A stretch of DNA of 64,000 nt from Vicugna vicugna. Taxonomy: Eukaryota. The stretch lies in contig MU058718.1 of the NCBI GenBank assembly GCA_013265495.1, positions 3,672,081-3,736,080 on the forward strand. The letters run 5' to 3'. The translations under genes were made by a program, and so were the position numbers. This document shows, piece by piece, positions 1 to 13,472 of the stretch. Position 1 is the stretch's first letter. Every line of letters begins with the position of its first letter. Under the pieces are notes generated by a model. It worked only from the letters and a program-made list of their open reading frames with translations, was not told where the DNA came from and did not search any database.

Positions 1-1334
1 TGTACCTTCTCAACCTCACGGAATCCCACAGAGCTCCTCACCAAATCTAACTTCCACTGCTTGCTGTGCCTAGAGACACTAACCTGGTAGTCTTCGAGAA
101 GAGAGCAGTACTTTAGACTTCCTCCTGCTTCTGTGTCATATTAACAAATAGAATAACCCTGCCTAGGAGGCATTCCCTTCCGCTCTAGGAAATAAATGTC
201 ATTCATTTGGGGTGTGAAAGTTCATAATGGAGAGTGTTTGTTGTTTAACCGTGTGCACCGTCGATGTGTGTCAAGTCTTTAACTCTTTTCTGGCACTTCA
301 TTTGGATGGATAGGTGTTTTTTTTTTTTTTTTTGGTTTTTTTTTTTATGTGTTGGTTTTTTTTTTTTTTTTTGGCTAAATGTTAGTTATTTTCCTCATTT
401 CGATAAAACCAGTTACATGAGAATGAATGCCTTTTGCGTATTATTAACTCATTTGATAGATAAGAACTCTCTTATACTAATATAGGAAAAATGTTGTGTT
501 TTGTGGCGTTTAGTTTTTTACTTACATCACTTGAAGTACATGCTGACATTCTGTAAATAATGGAAATTTATCTTAGGACATGTAATTTTATGGAAGAGCT
601 ATCAGATTCTAACAAATGTGCTTAAAGAATAAAGACAAAAATGAAACTAATTTGAACCACTGCTCACTTGATTTATAATATATAATCGCAATAGTCTTTT
701 AACAAATTTCAGTTAAAAAAAACTTGTAAAATATTACATCATGTCTGAAATATCTTAATGGTGTGAAAAAAAAACCCAAAAAATTCTGGGTGAAGTTTTT
801 CCTCTTATTCAGACCCTTTTTAGTTCTAAAAATCATAATGAGATGGAAAAAAAATCGCAAAGTAGACATTAGTGTACACTTCAGTGTGGCCCCTTCGTTT
901 ATGTAGTGAATTTTCTTTCTTTAGGTACCCTGGGGCTTAAAACTAAAGCTAATGCAGCTTAGTAAAATGGCTTTTGTCTTTTAGGAGTAGACAGGACTTG
1001 AGACTGAAATAAATGAAGTTATTTGCTCAGAGCCGTATGCTTGCCACTGGGAAAGGCAGCAGCCAGGCTGGGCATTGAGTCTCCATTTCTGTCTCCATAC
1101 TCCAGTGTTTAAGCCACACCTACCTAATGTCTTTTAGTGAATTTCTCACTTCCCAAAAGAAATGAGTCAATATGTCATAGCTTGATTTCCAAGTACCAAG
1201 AGACTACTAATTTAGATTTTTCATTTTAACTGGCATGGAATGCTTGTTTAATTGGAAGTTACTAGAAAGTATTTTCCAAAGATGCCAGATGACTGCCGTG
1301 TCTAACTTTTTTTTTTTAAATCTCTGTACTTCAG

Positions 1335-1460
1335 ATATGAATCTGAGAAGCTTCAAGAGGAAAATTCTATTTTGAGAAATGAAATTACTACTTTAAATGA
1401 AGAAGATAGCATTTCAAACCTGAAATTAGGGAAATTAAGTGGATCTCAGGAAGAAATGTG
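1335..1460 (+). CDS. NIN: NIN coding exon (approx. human exon 19): YESEKLQEENSILRNEITTLNEEDSISNLKLGKLSGSQEEM(W)
   Basis: Acceptor ttcag at 1334, donor gtaaga at 1461. Translation matches the recalled ninein C-terminal coiled coil, and the phase joins the next exon (TG|G = Trp). Confidence 0.95.
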
Positions 1461-1571
1461 GTAAGACGTATACTTTAAATGTTCTTAAGGCATTTTTGCA
1501 AGGACTATAAAACTATTTTACTTCAACTTTTAAAGCCTAACTCTTAAGTTACATTTTCATTCTCTGTTTAG

Positions 1572-1641
1572 GCAAAAAATAGAAACTGTAAAACAGGAAA
1601 AAGCTGCAGTTCAGAAGACGGTTGAAAATTTAAAGAAACAG
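1572..1641 (+). CDS. NIN: NIN coding exon (approx. exon 20): QKIETVKQEKAAVQKTVENLKKQ
   Basis: tttag|G...CAG|gtaaga; 70 nt; frame continuous with flanking exons. Confidence 0.95.
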
Positions 1642-2129
1642 GTAAGAAGAGAATATTTCCCAACTTTTCCTGATTCTAAAATTTTCTCTTTTTTTTATTT
1701 GAAATGTATAAATTTATAGCACATGCTGCTGGAGATGTAGCTAATAATGGTAAGTTTGTAAATCTTACCATCTGAGTTTCAAATAGAAACTCACCTCAAG
1801 CTAATTTTAAACTAGATTTCTGGTTTTTGTGAATATAAGAATGCATATATTATTTTTAGACTCTGAATGCTTAAAACAAGCTTTATAATTGGTGGGAGTA
1901 GAGAAATGTTACCTCTAAAACCAAATACTAGCTCTGTCCTTCCTGTGGTTTTGATTAATGTGTGCTCCTTCCTCGTTCCTCCCCATGATTGAAAGCACAA
2001 AGTTAAGAACGTAATTTTATAGATGTAGAACACTGGTTAATTGGTATATATTTTCACAGGATTATGACTTATTTAGATAGCTTGTGCCATTCAATGCCCA
2101 GTTTGCATAATCTCACAATATGCAATTGT

Positions 2130-3050
2130 GCGGGGGAAGGCAATTAGGAATCTGTCTGAAACAGTCCAAAGACAAGGGCATCCTGGGAAAAGAGTATTTT
2201 CAGCACTTGAAATAGACAAGATGTTAACACCCAAAACATATTTTGTACTCTTACAAATGGCAAAACCCTGTTGAAAAATGGGTAATTGATATGAATGGTC
2301 AAGTCACAGAAAGATAGAAGAGAATACATAAAAAGATGGTTAGTTAGCCTCACTAGTAATTAGGGAAGGGCAAGTTAAATGAGTTTCTTTGTTTTCACCT
2401 ATCAGATTGGCAAAAATTAGATTTATCCATCTAGTACTAGAGAGTGAGGAAATGGATGTACTCAGACATTGCTGATAGGACTGTAAGTTGGTAGCACTGT
2501 GAGGAAGCCATTTTGGATGTATCGATCAAAACAGTAATGTGTATGCATACCTTCTAACCCAGCTGCCCCAATTCTATAAAAAGGATCCTGAATACAAAAT
2601 GCTACTATGTATAAATGAATTTTCCAAAAGATTGTTTTGTTTCTTTACAATTAAAGGAATGATAACAAACCTATATGTCTATCAGTGTGAGAATGGGTAA
2701 ATACAGTATGGAATGTCTTGATACACGAACACCCTACAGCCACTAAAAATATAGCATGTGGTGGTTTCTGAATGCACTGACTTGGAAAGATAAGAGTCTG
2801 TAAGATATTGTAAGTGGAAAGAAGAGACTATCCAAACATCAGAAATGATGCAAATTTTTGTTAAAAAAAACTTATGTGTCTATGGCTGTTGTATATGCTT
2901 GGAAAACAATCCGGAGGGATACATATCTGGCTGTGCACAGTGGGGACCCCTGTGGACTGGGATTAGACAGAGTGTCTAGCACTTCTTCATACACTTCTGA
3001 ATCAACTGACTTTTTAATAATGAGTATGTATCATTTCTGTTATTAAATGT
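2130..3050 (+). mobile_element. Old L1 fragment (ORF2 3' end/3' UTR, L1M-type)
   Basis: Degenerate L1 3'-end motifs (ttcacctatcagattggcaaaa; aaacctatatgtctatcagt; cagccactaaaaat). Boundaries approximate. Confidence 0.6.
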
Positions 3051-3168
3051 GTGTGCGTGTGTGATACAACTTTATCTGCATAAAGAGGGAAAAAACAACT
3101 AGTCTCTGAAAATGTTTTTTAGCAGAAACATGGTAACAGTTTTTAAAACGTATTTCAATTTTAATTAG

Positions 3169-3384
3169 ATTTCAGAATTAAAAACCAAAAACCAACAGTT
3201 GGATTTGGAAAATACAGAGCTTAGCCAACAGAATTCTCAAAATCAGAAAGAACTGCAAGAACTTAATCAACGTCTGGCAGAAATGCTGTGCCAGAAAGAT
3301 GAAGAGCCAGGTCAGAGTACATGTGAGGAGTGGGAACAAGAGAAGTCTAATCTGAAAGATGAACTGGAACACTGCAAAGTGCAG
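3169..3384 (+). CDS. NIN: NIN coding exon (approx. exon 21): ISELKTKNQQLDLENTELSQ...LKDELEHCKVQ
   Basis: attag|ATT...CAG|gtatgt; 216 nt, phase 0/0; overlaps track ORF 3199..3429. Confidence 0.95.
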
Positions 3385-3449
3385 GTATGTTCTGCAGCTC
3401 CTCTACAGCCTTTTTGGAAGCAATCCTAAGAAAGAAAAGAAATGCTTGC

Positions 3450-5950
3450 ATTAAATTCTTACACATAAAGTCTTAATAATTAAAACAGAGTGGTGCTGGC
3501 ACATGAATAGACAGATAAGTGGAATAGAGAGTCTAGAATTAGACCCAAATCCAAATGGGAACTCAGTATGTAACAAAGGTAGATACTCAAGTCACTGGGG
3601 TAAAGATGGACTTTTTAATAAGTGGTGCCTGGACAACTGGGTAGACATTTAGAAGTAGATAAAATTAGATCCATATCTTGTATCACACATAAGGGTAAAC
3701 TAATTGGATTAGGAGTCTAAACATAAAAGATAAAACTATACAAGTACTTAGAAGAAAATGGGGATATTCATCTTTAGCCTTGGTGTAGAGAAAGGCTGTG
3801 TAACTATGACTCATAAAGTAGAGGCAAAAAAAAAAAAGATTAAATTTAAAATTTTTACATGGCAAAAAAATACCATAAACAAAGTCAAAAGACACCTCAC
3901 AAACTGGGAGAAAATATTTGCATCATATTCCACAAAGAGTGGGGCCAATATCCCTACTATGTAAAGAACTCTTAAAAATCAAAGGACTTAGGACCCAAAT
4001 CTGATAGCAAAATGGGAAGAACACGTGAACAATTCACACACAAAAAAGAGATAAAAAATGGCCCTCAAAACTATGAAAAAAATGTTTAAATTACTCAGAA
4101 TTAGAAATGCAAATAAAACAACACTGCCATATCATTTCTCACCTATGAGATTGGCAACAGTTAAAAAATATGACAACGTATTCTGTTGGCAAGGCTTTGG
4201 GAAAACAGGCACTTTCATACATTGCTGGTGGGGATGGAAACTGATACTGTCCTTCTGGAAGGAAATTTGGCAATACCTAACAAAATTACATGTGTACTTA
4301 CCTTTTATCTCAGCAATCTGACTTCTAGGAATCTACCATAAAGATGCTCCTCCAAAAATATGAAAATTCATACACACAGTGTTGATTATTCATTGCAGCA
4401 TTGTGTGTAACTGCAAACTATTGGAAACAGCCTAGATGCTCATACATAGGAGAGTGGTTGGATAAATGTGGTGGGTGTAGCCACACCATGGAGTGGTATT
4501 ACACAGCTTTAAAAAAAGAGAAAGAAAGAATGGATGAAAGAGAAAAATCTCTATTGATATGAAATGATTTCCAGGACATACTCTTAAGTGAAAAAAGAAA
4601 AGCACAAAAGAGTGTCTAAGAGTGGGTAGAGTATGCATACTACATCCAGGTTAAGAAGGGGACATTAGACAGTACACATGTGCTTGTGCAAAAGAAATAC
4701 ATGGATGGTGAACCAGGTAACTAAAGAGATGGTTACCTATAGGGGGAGAGTAGGAAAGGGATGAAAGAGAGGAATGGGAATGTGATAGAAGGGATGGGGA
4801 AGGAGGGGCACTTCCGAGTATCGTTTCATATAACTCTGACACTTAGCACCATAGTAATGTTTCATATACTTTTCACCTGCCCCCTCAATAAACACACAAT
4901 TTAAACCAGTCCAAAAAATAAAGATGAGGGGGTATGGAAATGGAACACAAACACTAACAAATGAACCTAACTCTATTATAAATGGATAACATAACCACAA
5001 TGGGGAAGAAAATACATAATTTGGAAATTAGTATCTTGACTGTATACTGTAGGGTTAAGACAAAAAGAAGTGCACATAAATACTCTATAATCTAGCCAGT
5101 AAATCTGTTTCTCTTGGGCGTGTATGTTAGTAATTCTTGAGCTACTCTGTATATACTCGAATTGAACAAATAAGTAAATATATTGCAGGTAATAAGAACT
5201 GAGTTTCTCACTGCTGGAGAAGGAATTTGGAAGTGGGAAAACTGGGAAGGATAAAATGAACCCTCTGATGTTGGATTGAAATTTGAGTATCAACTTGAGT
5301 ATCAATTAGTATCAGCTCGGGTTTCTCAATACATAGACAGATACATACAACAGAGGTGTAGATGTGTGTATATGGCTGGAGTGCCCAGATTCTGGTTTCT
5401 AAACACTATTATCCTATAAGAAGAACCAGGGCTCGTTGGAAAAATGATTGATTCCAAGGTTGGGGCAGGGACAGTTCAAGATGAGCCTAGAACATCTCAT
5501 GCCAGAAAGAAAAAAGTGCTCAAAGAGACGGGGGATGTCGAAAGGACACAGTGCACAACCCCAAGAAACTCCTAATGGTCAAAGCTTCAATAAGTTGATC
5601 AACAAAGTTAAGTATAGCATAACATAAATGTAATTATAAAATAAATTTAGAATAAAATAAATATCTATAGGTCTGTACTGTTATAAAAAATTGAATAAGT
5701 AAAGGGGTGGGAGAAGAAGTACCAGCTCTTCCTTACAGAACTCCAATTAATAAATGTAGAAAGAAAGAAGGAAACAAAGTCTTCATTAGGCAAACACCAG
5801 AGTAATGATTGTTGTAAAAAATCCACTGACGGACACTAAAATGTATAAGCAAAAGCTTAAGGAAAAACAATGTGCGTGGTCTCAAGTATCTCCCCCAAGA
5901 GAAAGATAGTAACTTTACGGTGGGAAAATCCGCAAAAATGAACTTACAAA
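3450..5950 (+). mobile_element. L1 (L1MC-like) ORF2 3' part plus 3' UTR
   Basis: Typical L1 ORF2 text (aaaacagagtggtgctggcac, aagtggtgcctggacaactgg, aaactgggagaaaatatttgca). Track ORF 3758..3964 carries the ORF2-like KVKRHLTNWEKIFA. Confidence 0.8.
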
Positions 5951-6152
5951 TCATGTTCATGCCATTTTAGTGGAAAGTCTTTTAAAAGGTAGTTTTGGTT
6001 AGTTCTAATGAGTATAAGGACAAATGGTCATAAAACAGCATGTCACTGAATTTGCACTCGTGTTTCCTTAATGCTGCCTTTTGTGAACCTATTGAGTTTC
6101 CTCGGGCTAAATGAATATGTGTATTATTTGACTTTTTCATTTTTTTTCTTAG

Positions 6153-6266
6153 TCCTCCACTTTAGTGTCTTCTCTGGAGGCAGAACTTTCTGAAGTTAAA
6201 ATACAGACTCATATAGTGGAACAGGAAAACCTCCTTCTCAAAGATGAACTGGAGAAAATAAAACAA
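6153..6266 (+). CDS. NIN: NIN coding exon (approx. exon 22): SSTLVSSLEAELSEVKIQTHIVEQENLLLKDELEKIKQ
   Basis: Long pyrimidine tract, cttag|TCC...CAA|gtaaga; 114 nt. Confidence 0.95.
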
Positions 6267-8187
6267 GTAAGACCGTGTGCTGCTTAGGTGGGGCGCGGGG
6301 GCTAGCAGAATATTTACCTGCTGGTCCGTCTTTTCTAGCCACCAAATACCCTTTTTACTGAGTCCTGTTAACTAGCTTACTGCTTAGTAAAGTCGAGGGC
6401 TTGCAGTTCAAACCTATTTATCAGGGTTTTGATTGCTGATTCTTTAAATGTTGTTCTAGTTATATAACTTACATATGTTGGAGACTGAAATACTATTATT
6501 ATAAATGAATCACAACCACTTCAGTTTAAGAAATGTATTGTTCTACTTGCTCCTGGCCAGGTGTCAAAGTAATATTAGTTTATCTAAAAACATGTTCTTG
6601 CTCATAACTTTAATAGCTATTCACCCAGGTATGTGAGACACAGTTGAAGCTGGTGCCTTGTCCCTTTTTCTCATAGTGAATTTGAGGCCTCTACCTTGGG
6701 CAGAAGAGTAGATTCTAAAGGATTATCAGGGATGCAGTCTCGTCTATGAATTTGGCTTTAAGGAGCATATTTCAAATTTCTACTTTTAACAAAGATCTAC
6801 TTTTAAATATAGAAGAGGGTTCACCTTAAAGTTATATTCTGAACATTGTCTAATTTTACTCTTTATTCTGAATTTTTCAATGAGTACAGGACTCTCTGAG
6901 TTTGAGCAATCCTGATTTACAATGGGAGGATTTAGTTGTTCCATTTTATTTATGTGCTTCACCAAAGGATTACTTTAATATTATGATACCCTTAGATTGT
7001 AAAATTCTCTCATATCTATTTAGCCTGTGAGCATAAATGTATCCTTCTCTGAATGCTGAAATATAGAGTGTGCGATGTTTGATCTTTAATTGACTCCTGT
7101 AAGTCCGGATTTCCTAATAGGATTATAAGACTCAGGAAATTTGTGTCTCTCATAATGCCTAATAGAGAACTGTTACCTGATAGGTGCTTTTAAGAACCTC
7201 TTCAAGTCAGATGCTGCTGTGCAAAGTATATCTTTTCTGCCATAGCAGAAGCTGTCTGTCCACGTAAACATTCCAGAAGTAAAAAGGCCCTTCTGTGGTG
7301 TATAAGTATTCCAAAGCTGTTATTACCAAATTCATCCTAATTAACTGGGGCATACTTTTCTCCTTTACCTTTTTCTGTCTGTTGTTTAGTCTTTCAGATG
7401 ATAATGATGGGTTCCAAATTCATAGCATGGGAAGTGTGTGCTTTGTGATCCTGCCAAGCTATGGGTCAGAAGACAAGGAGCAGAGTTGGCAGTAAAATAG
7501 CATAATGAGAACATCATTTGGCATATTTTTATTGCATATTTTTAGAAGCACTGATGTAAATAGTGAGATGGGAAAACAGTGAGCCCTGTTTGCCTCTGGT
7601 AGGAAGGTGTTCGTGGCACCTGGACTCTTCTGGATCACAAGAGGAGGATGGTGTCAGCCCACGGTTGCTACCAGGCAGCTTGGACCTAGCAAACATGTGC
7701 TGCTCTGTATGACATAAGGATTCCTTGTTCACAAAACATTTTTCCTTGTACTATCTGTTGCACTGAAGGGAAACACAAATAACATCAGCAGAAGTCGCAC
7801 GCCAGTCAGTAGACACCCAAAATGGCACCAGGCTTTGTGAGCATCTGGGGATGGGGAGGCGAGGTAGTGAGAAAAGCAGAAGTGTCCTTTATTAAACCAG
7901 TGCCCAGGTACTTCAAAGTACATTTTCCTACATCCCGACTTGGTTAGATTTTTAAGGTATGCTGGATTTGTTGCCAGCTGAAGACAGGATTCAACCCATC
8001 AAGTCTGTTTTGTCATGCTATTCCTAAAGCTAAATGTAAAAGAACTTAAGGCAGAAAGTAGAAAGATGGCCATAAAATCATAATAGTAATAATTAAAGAT
8101 TTGAAAGCCACATGAAGAGGGAAATTAAAAACATATGAACTATGGGAAAGGGTTAAGAAGTGTGAGAAACACTCAGCTTCTTTAAAG

Positions 8188-8412
8188 CAGTGACTGTGGG
8201 GAGACGGGGAGTCCTCCCTCACCCCGGGATATTTATCAATATCTAGGGACAATTTTGGTTTTTACAGCCAGTGTATGAGGAGGGGCAGGCGCTCCTGGAA
8301 TGTAATAGGTAATGCCAGAGATGCTGTTAACCACCCTACAGCACACAGGACAACCCCCCTCAACAAAGAATTAACCTGGCCCAGAATGTCAGTAGTGCCA
8401 AGGCTGATGCTG
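8188..8412 (+). mobile_element. MER20-like hAT-Charlie DNA transposon
   Basis: gatgctgttaaccaccctacagcacacaggacaacccccctcaacaaagaattaacctggcccagaatgtcagtagtgccaaggctga matches the recalled MER20 3' half. Confidence 0.8.
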
Positions 8413-9009
8413 AAAAGGAACAAGTCTTTGGTTTGTCTTGGTTCCACCAACTAGAGAGGAGGAAGCCAGTGTGTCCACACCAGCAACATTTTACTAAACA
8501 AGTCAGTTTAGGCATCTTCCAGAGGGAAGGGTACATGGAACAAGCTAAAAATACTGACTGATTTATCTTTAAACTTGCCCTTGTGTTGATACATTGAATT
8601 TGGTTGATGCCAATCCTATAGTCTTGGCTGAGATTTTGGAAAAGATTTTTTCTAGGTAAAAAAGCATGAGGAAAACATTTTGTGCCATATGTACATAAGT
8701 TAAACTGATGACAGAATGGCAGTATGTTATTTATTTTACCCTGAAGGTGAAACAGAAAGCTAGGACCATAGATAACAATGTCTCGTTGATTTTATCTGAG
8801 CAGACATTTCAGTCAGTTGGAGAATCAGGAGAAACCAGCAGGGAACATTTTGTTAAAGTTAATTATAGTCCCCTAGAGTTTATATGTCCTCTGAAATATC
8901 TACAGATAGGGAGATAGCAGCAGCCATGAAAATGCCCTGTTTATAAATAAATCTTTATAAACACAGCCATGAGATGTGATGGGAGGGCTCGTTTGTTTAT
9001 CTCTTACAG

Positions 9010-9132
9010 CTGCACAGATGTCCGGATCTCTCTGACTTCCAGCAGAAGATTTCTAGTGTTCTAAGCTACAATGAAAAACTGCTTGAAGAAAAGGAAGCTC
9101 TAAGTGAAGAATTAAATAGCTGTGTTGATAAG
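9010..9132 (+). CDS. NIN: NIN coding exon (approx. exon 23): LHRCPDLSDFQQKISSVLSYNEKLLEEKEALSEELNSCVDK
   Basis: tacag|CTG...AAG|gtagta; 123 nt. Confidence 0.95.
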
Positions 9133-9695
9133 GTAGTAAAAATAAGACTTTTTACCGTCATTGTACAATGTGTACCATGATGAGCATTTCCATAATGCAC
9201 AGTGGCACATGGGCCTGCCATGTTAGCCTGAAAGTCTTCTGGTGCAGCACTGTGGCTGGCATTTTGTGACCTGAGACCATGAGGATTTTAGTAAGAGTCT
9301 GGATTTGTTGTTTAGTATTTATATTATTAAATATAGTAATATAAAGTTTGTCTCATTTTAATAAGTAACCATGCTACTTAATATACAATGTTATTTAAAT
9401 ATATCACTATTATACCTATATAATATAAATATTATTGTATTTAATAATCTGAAACCCATTACATTACATAGGCTTTTTTTTTCTATTATGTGTTCCCTAG
9501 CAATTCCAAAAACACTGCTTTTGTTCCACCTGCCTTCATAGGCAGTCCATATTTCCTATTATGGCACACTCTTGAGGTTTCTAACTGCCTTCCAGCCCAC
9601 CATCTCACCCACAAAACACGAGGCAATGAGAAAGAAAAATGGAAATTCCCAAAGAGAAGAGACTCCTCAAAATTAAAGGTAGAAAAGGGAGTTAA

Positions 9696-9910
9696 ACAAC
9701 AAGTTTATACTGTATAGCACAGGGAACTATATTCAATATCTTCTAGTAACTTATGGTGAAAGAGAATATGAAAACGAATATATGTATGTTCCTATTATGA
9801 CTGAAGCATTATGCTGTACACCAGAAATTGACACAACATTGTAAACTGACTATACTTCAATTTAAAAAATATATATACGTATATATATATATTTTTTTTA
9901 AAAGCAAATT
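9696..9910 (+). mobile_element. 5'-truncated young L1 3' end with 14-bp TSD
   Basis: tactgtatagcacagggaactatattcaa...actgactatacttcaa; TSD gaaaagggagttaa at 9682-9695 and 9911-9924. Confidence 0.85.
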
Positions 9911-10062
9911 GAAAAGGGAGTTAAGACATCTCTCTTACCTTGCCCTGATCCCCCATGTAAAGAGATGGTACTTGATTCTTTCAGTATAAATGTAGGCATA
10001 TGAATTGAGACTAGACATGTTTGCAAAAATGCCCTGTTAACTCTATTCTTTTCCTGAAACAG

Positions 10063-10176
10063 TTGGCAAAATCAAGTGTTTTAGAGCACAGAATTGCTAC
10101 TATGGAGCAGGAACAGAAGTCTTGGGAACACCAAAATGAAAGCTTAAAGTCACAGCTAGTGGCTTCACAGGAAAAA
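10063..10176 (+). CDS. NIN: NIN coding exon (approx. exon 24): LAKSSVLEHRIATMEQEQKSWEHQNESLKSQLVASQEK
   Basis: aacag|TTG...AAA|gtatgt; 114 nt. Confidence 0.95.
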
Positions 10177-10967
10177 GTATGTCAATAATTCTTGTTTCAT
10201 CCTCACAGTTAATATTTTCCTAAGTCTTCCAACAGAACCCCAGTGGAAAGAATGTTCCAGGTGAAAGTGGCTGAAGAGGGCTCAAAATGATTCAGTGTAA
10301 CTCATATTTGACACATGCTTACAGTATAGTGAAATGACTGAACAACAGTTCCTTCAAAGTTCATTATTATGAAATAATTTTGAGGTTATCTCATCATTAT
10401 GAGATTACTTACTTATGAAAGCTTAAGAATAGTGTGTAAAAATGAATGGTTGTTTCTAATTTAGAAATAGGATTTATAGAGCAGGTTCACGTCCTTTTAT
10501 AGTTAAAGAACTCTATCAACATTCCTTTTACCAACTTACTTTTTTTTAACTGAAATATATATGAGATGTTTAGCATGGAGTAGGGTTCTACAAAGATATG
10601 TTTTTATTTTCAACCAAGAGGTCCTTTCTTTATATACCAACCCCACAAAATTCAGTAAAACCATCTTTTGTGATGCTGGTTGGTACTCACTGGTTTTGAA
10701 AGATATTAGTTGGTAATATACCAGATGACTAAATCAGCAATACCTTGTTCTAGACATAGTTCATTGCTGTCCTAAACATAATTAAACATCCTGTAAAGAT
10801 ACATAACATCCTGGGTTTCTACTGAGCTGTGGAAAAGAGCTGGATATAGTAAGTAGAAGAAGAAGGGGACTTGGAGTTCTCTTGTCTTAGCTCATTTGTA
10901 TGTGGACGTGCTACAGATGAGACCATGAGGATTTGTGTCGCAGTGTGAGATTGTTCTCATGATGCAG

Positions 10968-11114
10968 GTTCAGAATTTAGAAGACACCCTGCAGAATGTA
11001 AACCTGCAAATGTCCCAGATTAAATCTGACCTGCGAATGACTCAGCAGGAAAAGGAGGCTTTAAAACAAGAAGTGATGTTGTTACACAAGCAACTTCAGA
11101 ATGCTGGTGACAAG
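10968..11114 (+). CDS. NIN: NIN coding exon (approx. exon 25): VQNLEDTLQNVNLQMSQIKSDLRMTQQEKEALKQEVMLLHKQLQNAGDK
   Basis: tgcag|GTT...AAG|gtaatt; 147 nt; lies inside track ORF 10935..11177. Confidence 0.95.
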
Positions 11115-12338
11115 GTAATTTCTTCTCTGTTGAGGTATGACTTTATACAGCAAAGTGCACAAATTTTAAGTCTATAACTTAATTAATTTTATACATATAT
11201 ATGTATACACTAATGTATGATATTTTACCTATATATAGATGTATATATATTTGTGTTTGTGTAACTAGCTCAAAATATAGAACATTTCCAGCACCCAGCA
11301 GGCTCTCTTGTATCCCTTCCAGTTGATAATCCCAAGGGAACTACTTCTCTACCTTCTGCAACCATAGGTTAGGGATGCTGGTTTCTGAACTTCACATAAA
11401 TGGATCTATAATGACAAGGTTATTTTTTGTACTGTTCAAGTCAGAAGACCATGGCTGAGTTATTTTGTAGTAATAAAACTAAAACATTTTGATGTTGTAG
11501 AAAGTGTGTCTCATTTTAATATATCACAACGCTGCTTCATCTGTGTGCAAATTAAGAACAATGTATGGATGTTAGCCTTGGTAGATATTAAGATTTTGTC
11601 CTACATAAAAGGAGGCACTAAATTCTGCTACTTTATTTCTTGGTAATCCTTTTCTTTAACTGTGATTAAAAAACAAAAACAAAAACATAATAGTTGTTTC
11701 CAGATTACTTCTGGGCTGACATTTGTCTCAAAATGATATCGTACCTTTTTTTTTGTTTTTCATACTTTGGCTTAAAAGTCAAAGCCTTATCTAGTTGTGT
11801 TACCTTTATGAACAATTTTTAAAGCACTTTTCAGGATCCAAAAAATCACTGTGGTAACTTAAAGCATATTCCTGAGTTCAGACCTTAATTACATGGATGA
11901 TATGTGCTTTGGATTCTAAAAAAGGATTATGATTGCATGTGTGAAAATGAAAGTAGAGTTCAGCATGTTAAAGCTTCCAAGTTAGCAGTAAACTTCAGAG
12001 TTCTCTTTGCACCCTCTGTTAACCAAAAGAGTAGTTATTTGGGTTCAAAGAATAACTTCATAAAAATGAGGTAATTTTTAAGGCCACCAATCTCTGTGCA
12101 CTTGGGTCCTGTATGGAACTAGGAATTGCCCTGCAGTCATCTTTGCTATTAGATTTGATGTTTCTATTTTATCAAAGACTGTTTTAAGCAGAGATTTTCC
12201 AAACCTTTTTTAAAAAGTCAAAACCCAAGAATATTGTTTTATTTATACCTAAATATACATGTGCTCATTCTCATTAGAAGACATTCAAAACAGAAATCAG
12301 CTTGATTTTAAGGCTTAACTCTGCAATTCTCTCCTAAG

Positions 12339-12518
12339 ATTTGGGCTCCAGAAATAGCCACCTATCCATCAGGATTCCATAACCAACAGCAAATGCTGTC
12401 TTGGGACAAGTTGGATTACCTGATGAATGAGGAACAACAGCTGCTTTGGCAAGAGAATGAGAGACTCCAAACAGTGGTCCAGAACACCAAAGCAGAACTC
12501 ATACACTCCCGGGAGAAG
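12339..12518 (+). CDS. NIN: NIN coding exon (approx. exon 26): IWAPEIATYPSGFHNQQ...AELIHSREK
   Basis: ctaag|ATT...AAG|gtaagt; 180 nt; AAG acceptor. Confidence 0.92.
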
Positions 12519-13417
12519 GTAAGTTGAAAAGTTGCACATGGTGGTGTGTGTTTGAAAATGAATGAGATGATTGCAGTGATTCTAGGGTATGGATTTGAGT
12601 ATTCTGCTGCAGGAGACTTATTTTCAGAATGTATAATTTATCATTTACTTGCAATATAATTTTATCATATGTCTATATCATGTTTTTCATTTCATATAAG
12701 CAGTGGTAAATTTAAATCTGTGCTTTTATGAATGGAAATTATGTTAACCATATATTCCTCATTCAAGTAGGCTAGCTGCTGAGACTGGTAGTACAAAAAT
12801 GGCAAAACTAGACTCAAATCTTATGGGTCTAAGTCCTTGCAAGAGAAAAGGTACCCCTTTTTAAAGACTCAGCATTTCAAGGTTAGAATGGTCCTTGAAG
12901 ATAATCTTTTCCAATAACTACACTGATATTTAAAGTCTTTACCTCTGCTAAGTAGTCGACCAACTATGTTTAACCTACGCTTAAATACCTCTTTGAAGGA
13001 GGAACTCTCTTTTTTAAGAGTCACAGATACTCACTTAGAACGCCTACACTGTGCCAGAAACTCTGCTGTCAGTAAAGTTACAGTGTTGAACAAGACTAAA
13101 CATGGTCGCTGTCCTCATGGAACTTAGTTGATGTAAACGCATTGTTTCAGGTGTGAAGACTCCAATACAAAGTCACTGGAACTGTCACTCCCTTCACTCC
13201 TAAAAGTTATGCTTACAGCAGAGCAAAGGTGCCTAGGACTATGTCTGTTCTCTTGGCAGCCACATCGCGATTCTCAGTGGTTTGGCTGAGCCAGAAGTGC
13301 CCACTTCCCTGTCTGATCCATTCAGTGTTGGGATTTTAGACCCAACTGGACGAAAGATAGATTTGTCTAGGGAGGATCCTTTCAAATCCAAAAAAGTAGG
13401 CTTCAGGAATTGGCAGA

Positions 13418-13472
13418 TCTATATACTTCAATTAAAAAATAATAATAAATAATTTTAAAAGTTAAAAAGAAA
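13418..13472 (+). mobile_element. Ultra-short L1 3' tip plus A-rich tail with 11-bp TSD
   Basis: tatacttcaattaaaaaa flanked by gaattggcaga at 13407-13417 and 13473-13483. Confidence 0.7.

Noticed and set aside
264..485. Phe-rich ORF / poly-T block 317-372
   Set aside because: Low-complexity T tracts in an intron; no coding signal.
3683..5960. Cluster of short ORFs on both strands
   Set aside because: All lie within a decayed L1 and are fragments of ORF2/UTR, not genes. The same applies to 39213-40663 and 61642-61912.
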